From contig CAYZZW010000001.1 in NCBI GenBank assembly GCA_964482955.1, positions 95,780 through 159,779 on the forward strand: DNA of 64,000 bases. Reading direction: 5' to 3'. Source of the stretch: an uncultured Treponemataceae bacterium (GTDB taxonomy: Bacteria > Spirochaetota > Spirochaetia > Treponematales > UBA12059). The notes under the pieces were generated by a model. That model was not told the origin of the DNA, did not search any database, and worked only from the letters and a program-made list of their open reading frames with translations. Every line of letters starts with the position of its first letter. The stretch's first letter is position 1. Below are positions 1-9,047 of this stretch, in pieces. Position numbers and translations under genes: made by a program.

Positions 1-1827
1 CCGGAAACCGCCCACGATGCCGTAGGTCGGCAACAGGTACCAGGACGGCCCGAGCGCGAAATCCGCGGACACAAGGCGGCTGAAGCTCCACGACACGCGC
101 CCTTCGACCCGCGCCGAAAGGCCGAGTTTCCACCCTTCCACCGTCTCGGTCGTCGGAAACGCGTCGTATGTTCCGTCATAGCGGACGAAGACGGCGCCCG
201 CCTTGGGTCCGACGCCGAACGCGAGTTCGTCGGCGATCCACCGCCCCTCGGCGCCGAGTTCGAGTCCCCAGGCTTCCTGTTCGAGTTCGCCGTAAAAGCC
301 CTGGGTGGTCACGGAGCCGCCGGACGCGGCGCGCGAGACTTCGGCGGCCAGCGCCAGGCGGAACGGTTCCGCGAGGGTGACGTGGAGTTCGCCCGACAGC
401 GCGACGAAGCCGAGCGCGCCGGAGAGCGGCAGCTCGAGCGAGCCTTCGGGGAAGGTCTGGAATCCGGCCGCGAGCGCGAGGGCCCAGCTCGAGTATCCGG
501 CGAGCGCGAAGGGATCGTGCCCCAACTCGATCGACAGCTCCTCGTCCAGGTCGGCGTCCCGCAGGTCGATGCGGAGGCGTTCGTAGGCTTCGGCGACGAC
601 GCGGTCGCCGGGGGCCTGCGAGAGGGCTTCGGCCGCGATGAGGCCCGCGCCCCTCCGGTCGCCGTCCTTGAACGCCCGTTCGGCCTTCCCGACGAGGGCC
701 CGGGCGTACTCGGTCGCCGCGCGCGCGCGGAGCTCGATGAGGCGGCGGTCCGCCATGCGTTCGCCCTCGGATTCGAAATAGTCGTCGATGAGCCCGCACG
801 CGGCGCGCGGATCGCCCGAGGCGCGGAGGGCGTCCGCCCGCCTCGCCAGGTCGTCGCGGAGCGCCAGCGAGGTGCGTTCGAGGAAGCGGGAGACGTCGTT
901 CGCCAGGGCGTCGGCGTAGCGGCACCGGACGGCGTCGTGCGCGGCTCCCGCCGGCAGGACGATGATGGCGGCCTCGACGGCGTCGCGGGCGCGCGTGCCC
1001 AGGTTCCACGCGTCCTCGCCCCGCAGCTTCGCCGCCGCGTCGAGGGCTTCACGGCCCTCGCGGTACCAGCGCTCCGCCACGGCGACCCGCAGGTTTTCCC
1101 GGATCTCCTTGCCGGCCTTGCCGAAGGGATTCCGGGCCTGGAAGGCGTCCAGCCGGCGCTCGGCCTCTTCGTAGCGCCCGAGCGCGATGAGGGCCTTCAC
1201 GTTCTTTTCGGTGGCGCCGACCCAGGCGGCGACCGCGGTGTTGCCGATGCCCGCCGCGAGCGCCTCGATGTCCTGGATGAAGGTCGTCTGGAGCACGTCG
1301 GCTGACTCGGCCTGGAGCACGCGCGACGTGAGGGTTTCCTTGAGCATGAACGAGACGACGAGGCCGTCTTCCTTGTACAGCACGGAACCCGTCAGGCGGT
1401 AGTCGGGCTCCTGCCGTTCCATCGCGGTGTCGGAACCGGCCGCCTCGGCCGCGGCCTGCCGGCTTTCGTCGATGACGACGAGGAAGCTCGAGCGGGCGAG
1501 GCCGGTCCTCATGATCTCGGTGAGGAGCTGGGCCACCGGGTCGTCCGCGGGCTCGAAATCGCGTACCGCCACGACGGCGCCGACGCCCTCGTCGGGCCTG
1601 ATCGACTCGAACGCGGCGAAGGACGAGGCCTCGTCGGCGGACGCGGCGTCCGGAGTTCCGGAACCGGGGACGATCACCGTCGTCTGCGCCCGCGCGGGCG
1701 CCGGGACGAACGCGCACGCCAGCGCCATGGCGAGCGCCGTTCCGAACGCGCGCGCGCCCGGGGCGCACGCGGCACCCGCGCGAGGAGGAGCGCGGCGGAC
1801 GCGGAACGGTCCGACGGAGAAGTTCAC
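1..1827 (-). CDS. secreted / outer-membrane protein, paralog 1 of a tandem triad (partial; C-terminus runs off the left edge)
   Basis: This frame is open to position 1, so it is absent from the ORF track. My own translation of the minus frame reads (M)NFSVGPFRVRRAPPRAGAACAPGARAFGTALAMALACAFVPAPARA-QTTVIVPG..AVVAVRDFEPADDPVAQLLTEIMRTGLARSSFLVVIDESRQ.., then an Ala/Arg/Glu-rich helical middle and a Gly/aromatic beta-rich end. The architecture matches the two upstream genes. The GTG at 1825-1827 overlaps the upstream TGA (GTGA coupling). An alternative ATG lies at 1728. Confidence 0.6.
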   Translation of the reverse strand, partial: MNFSVGPFRVRRAPPRAGAACAPGARAFGTALAMALACAFVPAPARAQTTVIVPGSGTPDAASADEASSFAAFESIRPDEGVGAVVAVRDFEPADDPVAQLLTEIMRTGLARSSFLVVIDESRQAAAEAAGSDTAMERQEPDYRLTGSVLYKEDGLVVSFMLKETLTSRVLQAESADVLQTTFIQDIEALAAGIGNTAVAAWVGATEKNVKALIALGRYEEAERRLDAFQARNPFGKAGKEIRENLRVAVAERWYREGREALDAAAKLRGEDAWNLGTRARDAVEAAIIVLPAGAAHDAVRCRYADALANDVSRFLERTSLALRDDLARRADALRASGDPRAACGLIDDYFESEGERMADRRLIELRARAATEYARALVGKAERAFKDGDRRGAGLIAAEALSQAPGDRVVAEAYERLRIDLRDADLDEELSIELGHDPFALAGYSSWALALAAGFQTFPEGSLELPLSGALGFVALSGELHVTLAEPFRLALAAEVSRAASGGSVTTQGFYGELEQEAWGLELGAEGRWIADELAFGVGPKAGAVFVRYDGTYDAFPTTETVEGWKLGLSARVEGRVSWSFSRLVSADFALGPSWYLLPTYGIVGGFR

Positions 1828-3611
1828 AGATCGAATCCGATCGTCGCGCCGAGCGACAGGAACCGGGGCTTGTCGCACAGCTCGCGGGAAGGCGCGTTGA
1901 GCGGCAGGCGCTTCGACACCTGGAACCCGACGTGCATGCCGTCGGTCGGCATCCACGAGATCGAGCCGCCGAACGAGAGGTTCACGAGCCACGAGAACTC
2001 GTCGTCGACCGATTCGCCCGAACCGCTGAACGGCGCGCGCGACGAGCGGGCGAAGAAGAACGGCCCGGTGCCGAGATCCGCCTCCAGCCTGAGCACGTAC
2101 GAGAGGACGGTCAGCCGCGCGGCCACGCCGGCCGCCAGGTTGGCGTCGACCACCGTGTCCGAGAGGAGCGCGGTCACCGTCCCGGTGACGGGGTCCTTGG
2201 CCGTGCCGCGCGCCACGCCGCCGCCGCCGCGCAGGGCGCCGTACCAGCAGAGGTCGAAGCCGGTGAAGCTGAAGGGCATGGGGATCGTCAGGGGGAAGGG
2301 ACGTTCGTAGCGTCCCTCGATCGTGAGCACGGGTCCCACGTAATCGGTCACCCACCCGTCGTCCGCCGAGCCCGTGTGGTCGTAGGCGTCGATCGTGGTG
2401 GCGAGGGCGACCGCGTGGACGAGGGCGTCCGGTTTCTTCCGCGAGACGAACAGCCGCCGGTAATCGTAGGAGCGGAGTTCGTCGAGGTAGAGGCTGAAGC
2501 GTTCGCGCCCGGCGGCGTCGCGCTTTTCCGCCTTGACGACCTCGAGACGGAGCTTGAGGTATTCGGCGTCGTCCGGGACCAGGGCCAGCGCCTCGTCGAC
2601 GCTCGCCAGGGCTTCGCCGTACTTGCCGTTTTCGAGGTAGGTCTTCGCCTGGTGCGCCTTTTCGCGGGCGGCGATGCCCTTCCGGCAGCGCTCTTCGAGC
2701 AGCCTGCCGCGGCTCGACAGCGGCGCCGACGCCTTCAGCTTGTCGAGCAGGGCCTTTCCCACTTCGTATTTGCGCGCGTCGACGTAGCCCTCCACGCGGT
2801 CGAGCCGGTCTTCGACCGACTCCGCGAGGAAATTCGCGTACGCGTCCTGCAGGGCCGAGAGATACGCGGCGTAGGTTTCGTCGCGCGGATCGAGCTCGGT
2901 CGCCTCGCGCGCCGCGCGGATCGCCTCTTCGTACAGGTAGAGCTCCGCGGCCTTCTGCGCGTCCGCGTACCGGATGGCGGCGCGCGCGACGTTGATCTTC
3001 GCGCGGCGCTCCGCCATCGCGGCGGTCTCCGCTGGCTTGGCGGCGAGATAGAGGTCCAGGTAGCGCTCGGCGTTGTCCCAGTCCTTCGCGCGGATGAAGG
3101 CGTCGATCTGGTCGACCGACAGGTCGGCGCGCTGTCGGATCGCCACGCCGAGTCGCTTGGCGAGGTCGCTCATGCCCTTCACGAGCGCGGCTTCCGCGAA
3201 GGAGGTGTCCTTGCCGTACAGGTCCTTGCCCGTGTCCTTCGACAGGAGGCGCACGGTGACGGTCACCGTCGCGGTTCCCTTCGCCGCGCTGCGGGACGCG
3301 CGCGCGGAGACGATGAAGTCGGCCCGGGCCTTTTTGGCGAGTTCCAGCTGGACGCGCTCGTCGTCGGCCTTGAGGTCGAAACCGCCCTCGAGGGCGACGG
3401 CCTCGACGCGGTCCTGCGCGACGATCTCGATGCCGCCCTGCTCCATGAGCCGGGAGACGAGCGAGGCGCGGATCTGCTCCGCGAGGCTCGACGCGAAGTC
3501 GGAGCCGTGGAACACGGGCAGGACGATGATGGACTGCCGGGCCGTCTGGGCATGCGGCGCGGCGACGATGCCGATGACGAGGGCCGCCGCGAGGGCGATA
3601 CGGTGTTTCAT
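1824..3611 (-). CDS. secreted / outer-membrane protein, paralog 2 (signal peptide, periplasmic alpha/beta N-domain, TPR-like helical region, beta-rich C-terminus)
   Basis: Based on ORF 1824..3638. I moved the start to ATG 3611 (MKHRIALAAALVIGIVAAPHA-QT signal peptide). The N-domain pattern SIIVLPVF..G..IEIVAQDRVEAV resembles CsgG/LpoB/FlgO-type periplasmic domains (pattern recognition only). The C-terminus is rich in short Gly/aromatic strands. Confidence 0.6.
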   Translation of the reverse strand: MKHRIALAAALVIGIVAAPHAQTARQSIIVLPVFHGSDFASSLAEQIRASLVSRLMEQGGIEIVAQDRVEAVALEGGFDLKADDERVQLELAKKARADFIVSARASRSAAKGTATVTVTVRLLSKDTGKDLYGKDTSFAEAALVKGMSDLAKRLGVAIRQRADLSVDQIDAFIRAKDWDNAERYLDLYLAAKPAETAAMAERRAKINVARAAIRYADAQKAAELYLYEEAIRAAREATELDPRDETYAAYLSALQDAYANFLAESVEDRLDRVEGYVDARKYEVGKALLDKLKASAPLSSRGRLLEERCRKGIAAREKAHQAKTYLENGKYGEALASVDEALALVPDDAEYLKLRLEVVKAEKRDAAGRERFSLYLDELRSYDYRRLFVSRKKPDALVHAVALATTIDAYDHTGSADDGWVTDYVGPVLTIEGRYERPFPLTIPMPFSFTGFDLCWYGALRGGGGVARGTAKDPVTGTVTALLSDTVVDANLAAGVAARLTVLSYVLRLEADLGTGPFFFARSSRAPFSGSGESVDDEFSWLVNLSFGGSISWMPTDGMHVGFQVSKRLPLNAPSRELCDKPRFLSLGATIGFDL

Positions 3612-3625
3612 GCTGCCGCCGCCTT

Positions 3626-5041
3626 TCAGAAGGTCCATCCGGCCATGAGGCGGAGGCAGTACGCGGAATGGTCCATGTCGTTCGGATACCAGCGATAGTC
3701 GCCCTTGAGGGCCGTGAAGAAGCCCGTCCGTCCCTTGAACTTCGTCTCGAGCGCGACGAGACCGCCGAGCGTGCCGCCGGCTATGTACCCGCGGTCAGAG
3801 ACTCCGCCGAGCTGGACCGCGCCGCCGCCGTCGACGCCGACGCTCAGCACGAAGGGACCGACCTTGAAGCTTTCGGCCGCGAGCGGCGACAGGTACCCCT
3901 GCGCGAACAGGCTCATGCCGCCCGAGGCCAGTTCCTCGTAGCGGAGCGCCGCCCCGAGGTAGGCCACCCAGTTCACGACGCCCTTGCCGCCCTTCGGCGC
4001 GCGCGGGATCTGCCACGAGAACTCCGCGCCGAAATCGCCGCCCGGCAGGCCCACCGAAAAATCGGCCTGGTCGACGTCGAGCGAATAGGTCGCGGCGAGC
4101 CGCGTGCCCTCGACGGTCACCGTCTCGAGATCCTCCGACACCTGCCGCCAGAAGCCCGGGCGGTAGACGCCCTTGTCGAGTTCGGCTTCGCGCCGCGCCA
4201 TTTCGATGCGCTTGCGGTATTCCCACTCGACCTCGACCTCCGCGATTCGCTCGCGCCAGGCGTAGTAGCGCCCGTCGGGCTTGAGCGCGATGGCCTCGTC
4301 GATGCGGAGCCGGGCTTCCTTGAAGAGGCGCTGGGTCACGTACTTTTTCGACTGCGCGTAGTAGGTTTCCGAAAGGCCGACCGCGATGCGGTCGTAGGCG
4401 GCGCGCACTTCGTCGTCCGCCTTCGCGGTCCGGAGGTAGATGTCGATGGAACGCTTGGCTTCCGTCCAGTTCCGCGCCTTCACGAGCCGGTCGATGTCAG
4501 CCTTCGTGACCGTCTTGTTGAGCTCGAAGCCCTTTTCCTTGATGGACGCGGCCAGTTCGTTGATGGCCGAGGCGAGCTGCTCCTCGGCGGCGTAGATCGT
4601 GTTCGCGAACAGGATGCGGCCGGTGCGGAGGTCCACGAGACGCGAGGTGATGACGATCCGGTCGTAGAGCTTGCCGAAGCCGCAGATGAGGATGGCGCGC
4701 GCCCCCCGCAGGTTCACGTCGGTCGAGGCGTCCATCCGCGCGCCGGGATTGAGGAGCTGGAACGAGACTTCGTTGAGGATCTCGTTCGAGCGCTCGCGCT
4801 CGAGCACCTCGAACAGCGACGTGTTGGCCACGGCGGTCGTGACGAGCGCCGTGTAGGCGTCGATCTCGCGGCGCACCTGCGGATCCTTGCGGTCCGGATT
4901 GCCGAAGGGCGTCATTTCGGGGATGGCGATCGGGATTCCGACCGAGGAATCCCGAGGGATTCCGACCGATTCGGATTGGGTTTGGGCGAAGGCCGCGGAC
5001 GCGGCGAGCGCCACGAGCGCGGCGAGCAGGGTTTTGTTCAT
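3626..5041 (-). CDS. secreted / outer-membrane protein, paralog 3
   Basis: Based on ORF 3626..5125, with the start moved to ATG 5041 (MNKTLLAALVALAASAAFA-QTQ). The N-domain reads AILICGFGKLYDRIVITSRLVDLRTGRILF. The middle is helical. The C-terminus ends LRLMAGWTF; a terminal aromatic residue is typical of an OMP beta-signal. Confidence 0.6.
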   Translation of the reverse strand: MNKTLLAALVALAASAAFAQTQSESVGIPRDSSVGIPIAIPEMTPFGNPDRKDPQVRREIDAYTALVTTAVANTSLFEVLERERSNEILNEVSFQLLNPGARMDASTDVNLRGARAILICGFGKLYDRIVITSRLVDLRTGRILFANTIYAAEEQLASAINELAASIKEKGFELNKTVTKADIDRLVKARNWTEAKRSIDIYLRTAKADDEVRAAYDRIAVGLSETYYAQSKKYVTQRLFKEARLRIDEAIALKPDGRYYAWRERIAEVEVEWEYRKRIEMARREAELDKGVYRPGFWRQVSEDLETVTVEGTRLAATYSLDVDQADFSVGLPGGDFGAEFSWQIPRAPKGGKGVVNWVAYLGAALRYEELASGGMSLFAQGYLSPLAAESFKVGPFVLSVGVDGGGAVQLGGVSDRGYIAGGTLGGLVALETKFKGRTGFFTALKGDYRWYPNDMDHSAYCLRLMAGWTF

Positions 5042-5185
5042 GGATGAGATCGCTCCGTCGGAGGATAAGTGCGGGTACCCTACCACGGTTTCGGGCGCGT
5101 GTCCACGCGCCGAGGCGTCCGGCATCCCGTGGAATCGGGGTTCCGACGACGCCTGACGACAGATCTCCGCGAGTCCGACGAACTC

Positions 5186-7312
5186 CTAGGTCTTGAAACG
5201 GTCCACGCCCGACTTGAGGCGGCCCACGCTCTCGCGCGATTCCACGGCGAGCGAGGCCGTGTCGGTGGCGCTGCGCTGGATTTCGGACGTGCCCGCGGCC
5301 ATCTCGTTCATGCCGTTCTCGAGCTCCGTGGAGAGCCTGAGGAGGTTCTTCATCTCCTCGAGGATGACGCCCGAACCCTGCTGCATGAGCGTGGCGGATT
5401 CGCGCACCTTCTGCGCGTCCGCGTTGATCCCCACGAGCGAATCGAGCACCTGCGCGCTGCCGGAACTCTGCTCCTGCATCGCGTACTTCACCTCTTCCTC
5501 GAGGCGGCTCAGCACCTGGATCTGCTCGAGGATGTCGCCGAAGGTCCGCTCCGCGGTGCCCGAGCTGTCGACGACGGCTTCGATGACGCCGCGGATCTCC
5601 CGCACGTTCTGCGCGATGATCTTCGACTGCCTGGCCGCGTTTTCCGCGAGCTTGCGGATCTCGTCGGCGACCACGGCGAAGCCCTGCCCCGCCTCGCCGG
5701 CGTGGGCCGCCTCGATGGCCGCGTTCATCGCCAGGAGGTTCGTCTGCGCCGCGATGCCGGCGATGAGGTTGTTCGTGTCCTGCAGCGATTCCGACCGCTC
5801 GTCGACCTCGCGCACGCGGGTGGAGACGCCCTGGAGCGCGCTCTTGCCCTCGTCCGACTTGCCGAGCAGTTTTTCGTAATAGACGCCCATGCGTTCCACG
5901 TTGGCGGTGACGCTCTGGATGTTCGCCACCATCTCCTCGATGGAGCTCGACGACGTGGCCAGGCTTTCGCTCTGGCGCTCGACGTGGGCGTACAGGGCGT
6001 TCACGTTGCGGACGATCTCCTCGATCGTGGCGCTCGATTCCGTCACCGAGACGGCCTGGGTGCGCGTCTGCTGCTTGAGCGACTCGATGTTGGCCGCGAT
6101 CTGCCGCACCGACCCGGCCGTCTCCTCCATGTTGCCCGACAGCCTGATCGTCCCCTCCGCCATGGCCGCGGCTTCCCGTTTGACGCCCGCGACGAGTTCC
6201 CTGAGGGTGCCCATGAAGGAATTGAAGCCTCCGGCCAGCTGGCCGATCTCGTCGCGCGAATGGATGTCGATGGCGCGGGTGAGGTCTCCCTCGCCGCGTT
6301 CCAGGTCCGCGAGGCCGGTCGACAGGGCGTCGAGCCGCGAGGTGATGCTGCGGATCAGCGCGATGGACGACAGGACCGACACGGCCACGATGAACGCCAC
6401 GGCCGCGATCACCGCGAAGACCGTGAAGCGGGCGCGTGCGAGCGCGGCGTCGACGCTGATCTTCACCGAATCGAAATAAGCGTCCAGAATGCCCTGGATG
6501 CCCCCCACGACCTTCGCGAAGGCGTCAGCCGTCTCGTAATCGTCGATCATGGAGCCGTCCCGGAAGCCCGCCGCCGCCAACGCGGAGACGGTGTCCCGCA
6601 CGGTCGCCCATTCGGGCTGCAGGAGGAGTTCGTCGCGCATGGCGACGAGCTTCTCCGACAGGAGGAGCCCCTTGCCCTTGAGATAGCCCTCGATGCCCGC
6701 GTAGGACGTGAGCAGGTCCACGATGTCGGCCAGCTCCACGTCCTCGTCTTCCGCCGCGACCATGGCCACGAGCGCCGAGGTCTGGCCCGCGTACTCCTTG
6801 GACGCCTCGATGAGGTGGATGGACGTGAATTCCCGCCTGAAGGTGTCGTACGAAGAGTCGACCGCGTACTCGTAGGGCCGCATGAAGCCGTCGATGAGCC
6901 TCGTGTATTCGACGATGGCGGCCTTGGGATCGAGCCCGCGCGTGTCGATCGCCGTACGGAGCATGCCGAGCTTCTGCGGCAGGAGCTTGAGGTATTTCAC
7001 CAGGTCCTCGGGGAGGATGCCCGAGGCATACACCTCTTCCATGCCGTTCTTGATGACCAGGTCGGTTTCCACCGACTGTGCGGTCAGCTCGCCGCCCCCG
7101 ATGTCGAAGTTGAGGTACTGGACCGCCTTGCTGCGCTCGCCCTGCATGCCCGAGAGGAGGCCGCTCAGGGCCTTCACCACCATGTGGCTCCGGTGCGTGC
7201 GGTCGAACTTCGCGAGCTGATCCAGTTGCGTCACGAAAATGTTGCCGGCGAAGCCGAGCGAGAGGATGAGGGGAACGCCCATGAGCGCGAAGAGCCGTTT
7301 TCTGATCGTCAT
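5186..7312 (-). CDS. methyl-accepting chemotaxis protein with an NIT-like periplasmic sensor and a HAMP domain
   Basis: A 708-aa ORF. The MCP signalling hairpin is present (NLLAMNAAIEAAHAGEAGQGFAVVADEIRKLAE). The N-terminal TM is followed by a sensor with MQGERSKAVQYL, which resembles the NIT-domain signature. A second TM and a HAMP domain follow. Confidence 0.85.
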   Translation of the reverse strand: MTIRKRLFALMGVPLILSLGFAGNIFVTQLDQLAKFDRTHRSHMVVKALSGLLSGMQGERSKAVQYLNFDIGGGELTAQSVETDLVIKNGMEEVYASGILPEDLVKYLKLLPQKLGMLRTAIDTRGLDPKAAIVEYTRLIDGFMRPYEYAVDSSYDTFRREFTSIHLIEASKEYAGQTSALVAMVAAEDEDVELADIVDLLTSYAGIEGYLKGKGLLLSEKLVAMRDELLLQPEWATVRDTVSALAAAGFRDGSMIDDYETADAFAKVVGGIQGILDAYFDSVKISVDAALARARFTVFAVIAAVAFIVAVSVLSSIALIRSITSRLDALSTGLADLERGEGDLTRAIDIHSRDEIGQLAGGFNSFMGTLRELVAGVKREAAAMAEGTIRLSGNMEETAGSVRQIAANIESLKQQTRTQAVSVTESSATIEEIVRNVNALYAHVERQSESLATSSSSIEEMVANIQSVTANVERMGVYYEKLLGKSDEGKSALQGVSTRVREVDERSESLQDTNNLIAGIAAQTNLLAMNAAIEAAHAGEAGQGFAVVADEIRKLAENAARQSKIIAQNVREIRGVIEAVVDSSGTAERTFGDILEQIQVLSRLEEEVKYAMQEQSSGSAQVLDSLVGINADAQKVRESATLMQQGSGVILEEMKNLLRLSTELENGMNEMAAGTSEIQRSATDTASLAVESRESVGRLKSGVDRFKT

Positions 7313-7313
7313 G

Positions 7314-7931
7314 TCATCTCCCGAGCCAACGCGTGATGTGGGGCAGGAACGCCGCGAGGCACCCCAGGATCAGGGCGACGTCGCTCTTGGAAAACCGCCC
7401 GCCGCGGGCGGGCCGGACATCCGGAGACGACGCGTCGTTGTATTCAGTATACGCGGACACCAGCGCTTCGTCGAGGTCGAACATGAATCCTTTGCCGCTT
7501 TTCTCGGGCTTGAGCGAGCCCAGCGCCCCGTACACCGCGAAGGCTCGCCCGAGCAACCCGCCGAAACGTCCCGGAATCCGCAGCCCCGGCCGGATCGTCG
7601 CCTTGGAGACGAGCATGAGCCCCTCGAACGTGATCGCCTTTTCGAGCCCCTCGAGCAGGGCGGTTTCGGTGACGGAGAACGGCCCGAGGCGGGCGAGGAC
7701 CCGGCCGGCGGGCACGAGAAGATTGACGGCGACGATGCCGGCCGCCGTCAGGAGGGCGCGCGGCAACGAGAATTTCCGGCCTCCGAGGACGCAGAGCGCC
7801 GCCCCGACGGCCGCCAACGCGGCCTTGCCGGCCGTCGTCGGGCAGGTCGCGAGCGCGACCGAGAGGGCGGCGCCCGACGCGGCGAGGCGGCCCGGCCGGA
7901 AAACGCGGTCCAGGACGGGTTCAGGCGGCAC
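7314..7931 (-). CDS. hypothetical integral membrane protein
   Basis: A 205-aa ORF with a GTG start that overlaps the upstream stop. It has several hydrophobic segments. It sits between the Gx-transporter gene and the MCP gene, with a 1-nt gap to the MCP start. Confidence 0.5.
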   Translation of the reverse strand: MPPEPVLDRVFRPGRLAASGAALSVALATCPTTAGKAALAAVGAALCVLGGRKFSLPRALLTAAGIVAVNLLVPAGRVLARLGPFSVTETALLEGLEKAITFEGLMLVSKATIRPGLRIPGRFGGLLGRAFAVYGALGSLKPEKSGKGFMFDLDEALVSAYTEYNDASSPDVRPARGGRFSKSDVALILGCLAAFLPHITRWLGR

Positions 7932-8505
7932 CGGCGTCCTCCCGCAGCGAGGCGAAGAGCCGCGAGCGGTCCTCGAACGCGCGCGCGAAGAGCCCGAGCG
8001 CGACCCCGGTGGCGAGGCCCGTCCCCAGGAAGAAGGGGGCGGTGAGCGCCGCGCCGGCGCCGAACACGAACACGCCCGCGAGGAGGAGCTGGACGGAGTT
8101 GGACAGCGTCGCGCCGATCACCGACAGCCCGAGCGGCGAGACGAGCCGCCCGAACAGCCGGCGCGCGCCGAACATGGACAGCGCCGAGGCGAAGGTGCCG
8201 GCGAGGGAAAAGAGCGCGACGTAGGAGAAGAGCGAACCGGAGACCACGCTCATGCCTATCACCTTGACGAGCGCGAGGGCCAGGAACCAGCCGAAGGGCA
8301 GGAGGTCGACGGCGAGGAGGAGGGGCAGGTTGGCGATTCCGAGCCGCATGAACGGCAGGGGCTTGGGGATCATGTACTCGAGGGCCGAGAGGAAGAACGC
8401 GAGTCCCCCGAGGAAGGCCGTGACGCGCGCGAGCTTGGCGGACGATCGCGGCGGCGCGGGCAAGACCGACGAACTATCAGCGGACGATCGCGTCGGGAGC
8501 TCCAT
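7921..8505 (-). CDS. Gx transporter family protein (annotated historically as heptaprenyl diphosphate synthase component I)
   Basis: This is the C-terminal 194 aa of ORF 7921..8760, starting at the internal ATG 8505. The sequence (LEYMIPKPLPFMRLGIANLPLLLAVDLL.. and polytopic) matches my recollection of the Hpre_diP_synt_I family. The upstream 85 codons of the ORF are Arg/Ser/Pro junk that overlaps the NusG-II gene. Confidence 0.6.
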   Translation of the reverse strand: MELPTRSSADSSSVLPAPPRSSAKLARVTAFLGGLAFFLSALEYMIPKPLPFMRLGIANLPLLLAVDLLPFGWFLALALVKVIGMSVVSGSLFSYVALFSLAGTFASALSMFGARRLFGRLVSPLGLSVIGATLSNSVQLLLAGVFVFGAGAALTAPFFLGTGLATGVALGLFARAFEDRSRLFASLREDAGAA

Positions 8506-8848
8506 CGTCGCCGCCTCCTTCCACGCGGACCATGACGCCGTTCGGCAAGCAGGCCGTCCACTGGCCCGGCTTCGAGACGCGGCCGGCCGCGACGCAGGTC
8601 TGGTTGTCGCAGGGGGACGATTCGACGTACGCCGCGCCGTGGCCGACGCGGACCACCGTGGAGCCGAGGGGGCCCGGCACGTCGACCGTCCGGTCGCGGT
8701 CCAGGGGATAGATCCACGACTCGGTCTTCGTCTCGATGACGACGCGGGGTTCGCCGCCACGTCCGTACGCGAACGCGGCGGACGCCGCCACCGCCGCGAT
8801 CCCGACGATCACGAGCGCCACGTCGACCGCCGTCACCTTCGTCCGCAC
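8477..8848 (-). CDS. NusG domain II-containing protein (DUF1312-like), membrane anchored
   Basis: Based on ORF 8477..8968, with the start moved to GTG 8848 (MRTKVTAVDVALVIVGIAAVAA TM anchor). The motif AAYVESSPCDNQTCVAAGRVSKPGQWTACLPNGVMVRVEG is typical of NusG_II proteins that pair with Gx transporters. The upstream part of the ORF lies in a repeat. Confidence 0.6.
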   Translation of the reverse strand: MRTKVTAVDVALVIVGIAAVAASAAFAYGRGGEPRVVIETKTESWIYPLDRDRTVDVPGPLGSTVVRVGHGAAYVESSPCDNQTCVAAGRVSKPGQWTACLPNGVMVRVEGGGDDGAPDAIVR

Positions 8849-8896
8849 AGATACGCCCCCATTGTCGAAAGGCAACCACGGAGGCAGGGAGGTTCG

Positions 8897-9035
8897 GCCA
8901 CGGAGATCACGGAGAGAAGAAGGGGATAGGAGTATCGGAACGGAAAACCCAATTCCGATTTCCTCCATGAAGTCCTTTTAGCTCCGTGTCTCCGTGCCAA
9001 CGCTCGAGCGCTCGCTAAGCTTCGCTCCGTGGCTA
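8897..9035. repeat. H foldback element, copy a (CACGGAG/CTCCGTG variant) with an AACGCTCGAG..CTAAGCTTCGCTC tail
   Basis: The left arm is CCACGGAGATCACGGAG and the right arm is CTCCGTGTCTCCGTGCC. The tail recurs at 34324..34355. Confidence 0.7.
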
Positions 9036-9047
9036 AATTTTCATCGA

